Shown here in pieces: positions 27,923-29,158 of a stretch of 29,158 nt of DNA. Within the stretch, counting starts at the first letter, position 1, and each line of letters starts with the position of its first letter. The position numbers and the translations under genes were made by a program. The notes beneath the pieces were generated by a model. It was not told the origin of the DNA and did no database searches. It worked only from the letters and a program-made list of their open reading frames with translations. Source of the DNA: a virus (Duplodnaviria; Heunggongvirae; Uroviricota; Caudoviricetes); the IMG/VR virus record IMGVR_UViG_2731957841_000003, one strand, 5' to 3'.

Positions 27923-29158
27923 ATGTCTAAATTACCAACAGGTGTCGAGATTCGAGGTAAATACATTCGCATCTGGTTCATGTTTCGAGGAAAACGATGT
28001 CGGGAAACATTGAAAGGCTGGGAGGTTACTAACAGTAACATTAAAAAAGCTGGGAATTTAAGAGCGTTGATAGTTCATGAAATCAATTCCGGTGAGTTTG
28101 AGTATTTAAGACGTTTTCCCCAGCCCAGCACTGGGGCAAAAATAGTGACAACGAGGGTCATAAAAACGTTCGGGGAGCTTTGTGATATCTGGACAAAAAT
28201 TAAAGAAACAGAGTTAACAACAAACACAATGAAGAAAACGAAATCACAATTAAAAACACTCAGGATAATAATTTGTGAGAGTACTCCGATATCGCATATT
28301 CGTTATAGCGATATCTTAAACTACCGGAATGAACTGCTGCATGGAGAAACGCTTTACCTGGATAATCCAAGATCCAACAAAAAAGGAAGAACCGTGCGCA
28401 CAGTTGATAACTATATCGCCCTGCTCTGTTCGTTGTTACGTTTTGCGTATCAGTCGGGATTTATATCAACCAAACCATTTGAAGGAGTAAAGAAATTACA
28501 GAGAAACAGAATAAAGCCTGACCCGTTATCTAAAACAGAATTCAATGCATTAATGGAAAGTGAAAAAGGACAGAGCCAGAACTTGTGGAAATTTGCCGTA
28601 TACTCCGGGCTTCGTCACGGGGAACTGGCTGCTCTGGCGTGGGAGGATGTGGATTTCGAGAAGGGAGTTGTGAATGTCAGAAGAAACCTGACGATACTGG
28701 ATATGTTCGGTCCCCCAAAAACAAATGCGGGGATCCGGACGGTAACACTACTGCAGCCTGCTCTTGAAGCACTGAAGGAGCAATACAAACTGACCGGGCA
28801 TCATCGCAAAAGCGAAATCACTTTTTATCATCGGGAGTACGGCAGAACCGAAAAGCAAAAACTGCATTTTGTTTTCATGCCCAGAGTGTGTAACGGAAAA
28901 CAGAAACCTTATTACTCGGTAAGCAGTTTGGGTGCGAGATGGAATGCAGCAGTAAAACGTGCTGGTATTCGCCGCCGTAATCCGTACCATACGCGGCATA
29001 CTTTTGCCTGCTGGCTGTTGACGGCAGGAGCGAACCCGGCGTTTATAGCCAGCCAGATGGGGCATGAAACTGCGCAGATGGTGTATGAAATTTACGGTAT
29101 GTGGATTGATGACATGAACGACGAACAGGTAGCCATGTTGAATGCGCGGTTATCGTAG
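27923..29158 (+). CDS. intR: Tyrosine site-specific integrase (Rac IntR-like)
   Basis: 411-aa ORF with the C-terminal catalytic region ...HTRHTFACWLL...GHETAQMVYEIYGMW...; ends at the last base of the window. Confidence 0.9.
   Translation: MSKLPTGVEIRGKYIRIWFMFRGKRCRETLKGWEVTNSNIKKAGNLRALIVHEINSGEFEYLRRFPQPSTGAKIVTTRVIKTFGELCDIWTKIKETELTTNTMKKTKSQLKTLRIIICESTPISHIRYSDILNYRNELLHGETLYLDNPRSNKKGRTVRTVDNYIALLCSLLRFAYQSGFISTKPFEGVKKLQRNRIKPDPLSKTEFNALMESEKGQSQNLWKFAVYSGLRHGELAALAWEDVDFEKGVVNVRRNLTILDMFGPPKTNAGIRTVTLLQPALEALKEQYKLTGHHRKSEITFYHREYGRTEKQKLHFVFMPRVCNGKQKPYYSVSSLGARWNAAVKRAGIRRRNPYHTRHTFACWLLTAGANPAFIASQMGHETAQMVYEIYGMWIDDMNDEQVAMLNARLS

Overview
The window reads as a Rac-like cryptic lambdoid prophage of Escherichia coli, running from the tail fibre gene (left) to the integrase stop codon (right, window end). 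All calls are from reading the sequence and ORF track by eye; comparisons to lambda and K-12 Rac proteins are from memory and no database search was run. Order on the window: tail fibre, tail tip assembly I/K/L/M, tape measure, G/GT chaperone pair, ParB-like gene plus an unknown gene, trkG, lysis cassette (Rz/Rz1, SAR endolysin, DUF1327, pinholin), two phage-borne tRNAs, Q-like antiterminator, DUF1364, DUF1367, an AT-rich cargo island, replication genes (DnaC-like, truncated ydaU-like), truncated recE, recT, ralR, ydaC, xis, int. The prophage looks defective: the immunity/early region, the head module and J/lom appear deleted, and K and the tape measure gene are frameshifted at homopolymer runs. 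The most interesting candidate for an undescribed system is an AT-rich two-gene cassette (19567..21606, minus strand) encoding a protein with a C-terminal R-x4-H (HEPN-like) motif followed by a protein with a C-terminal GNAT-like motif. Next to it sits a second cargo unit: a YeaR/DUF1971-like gene with an NsrR-type operator, preceded by a 28-aa hydrophobic peptide ORF.
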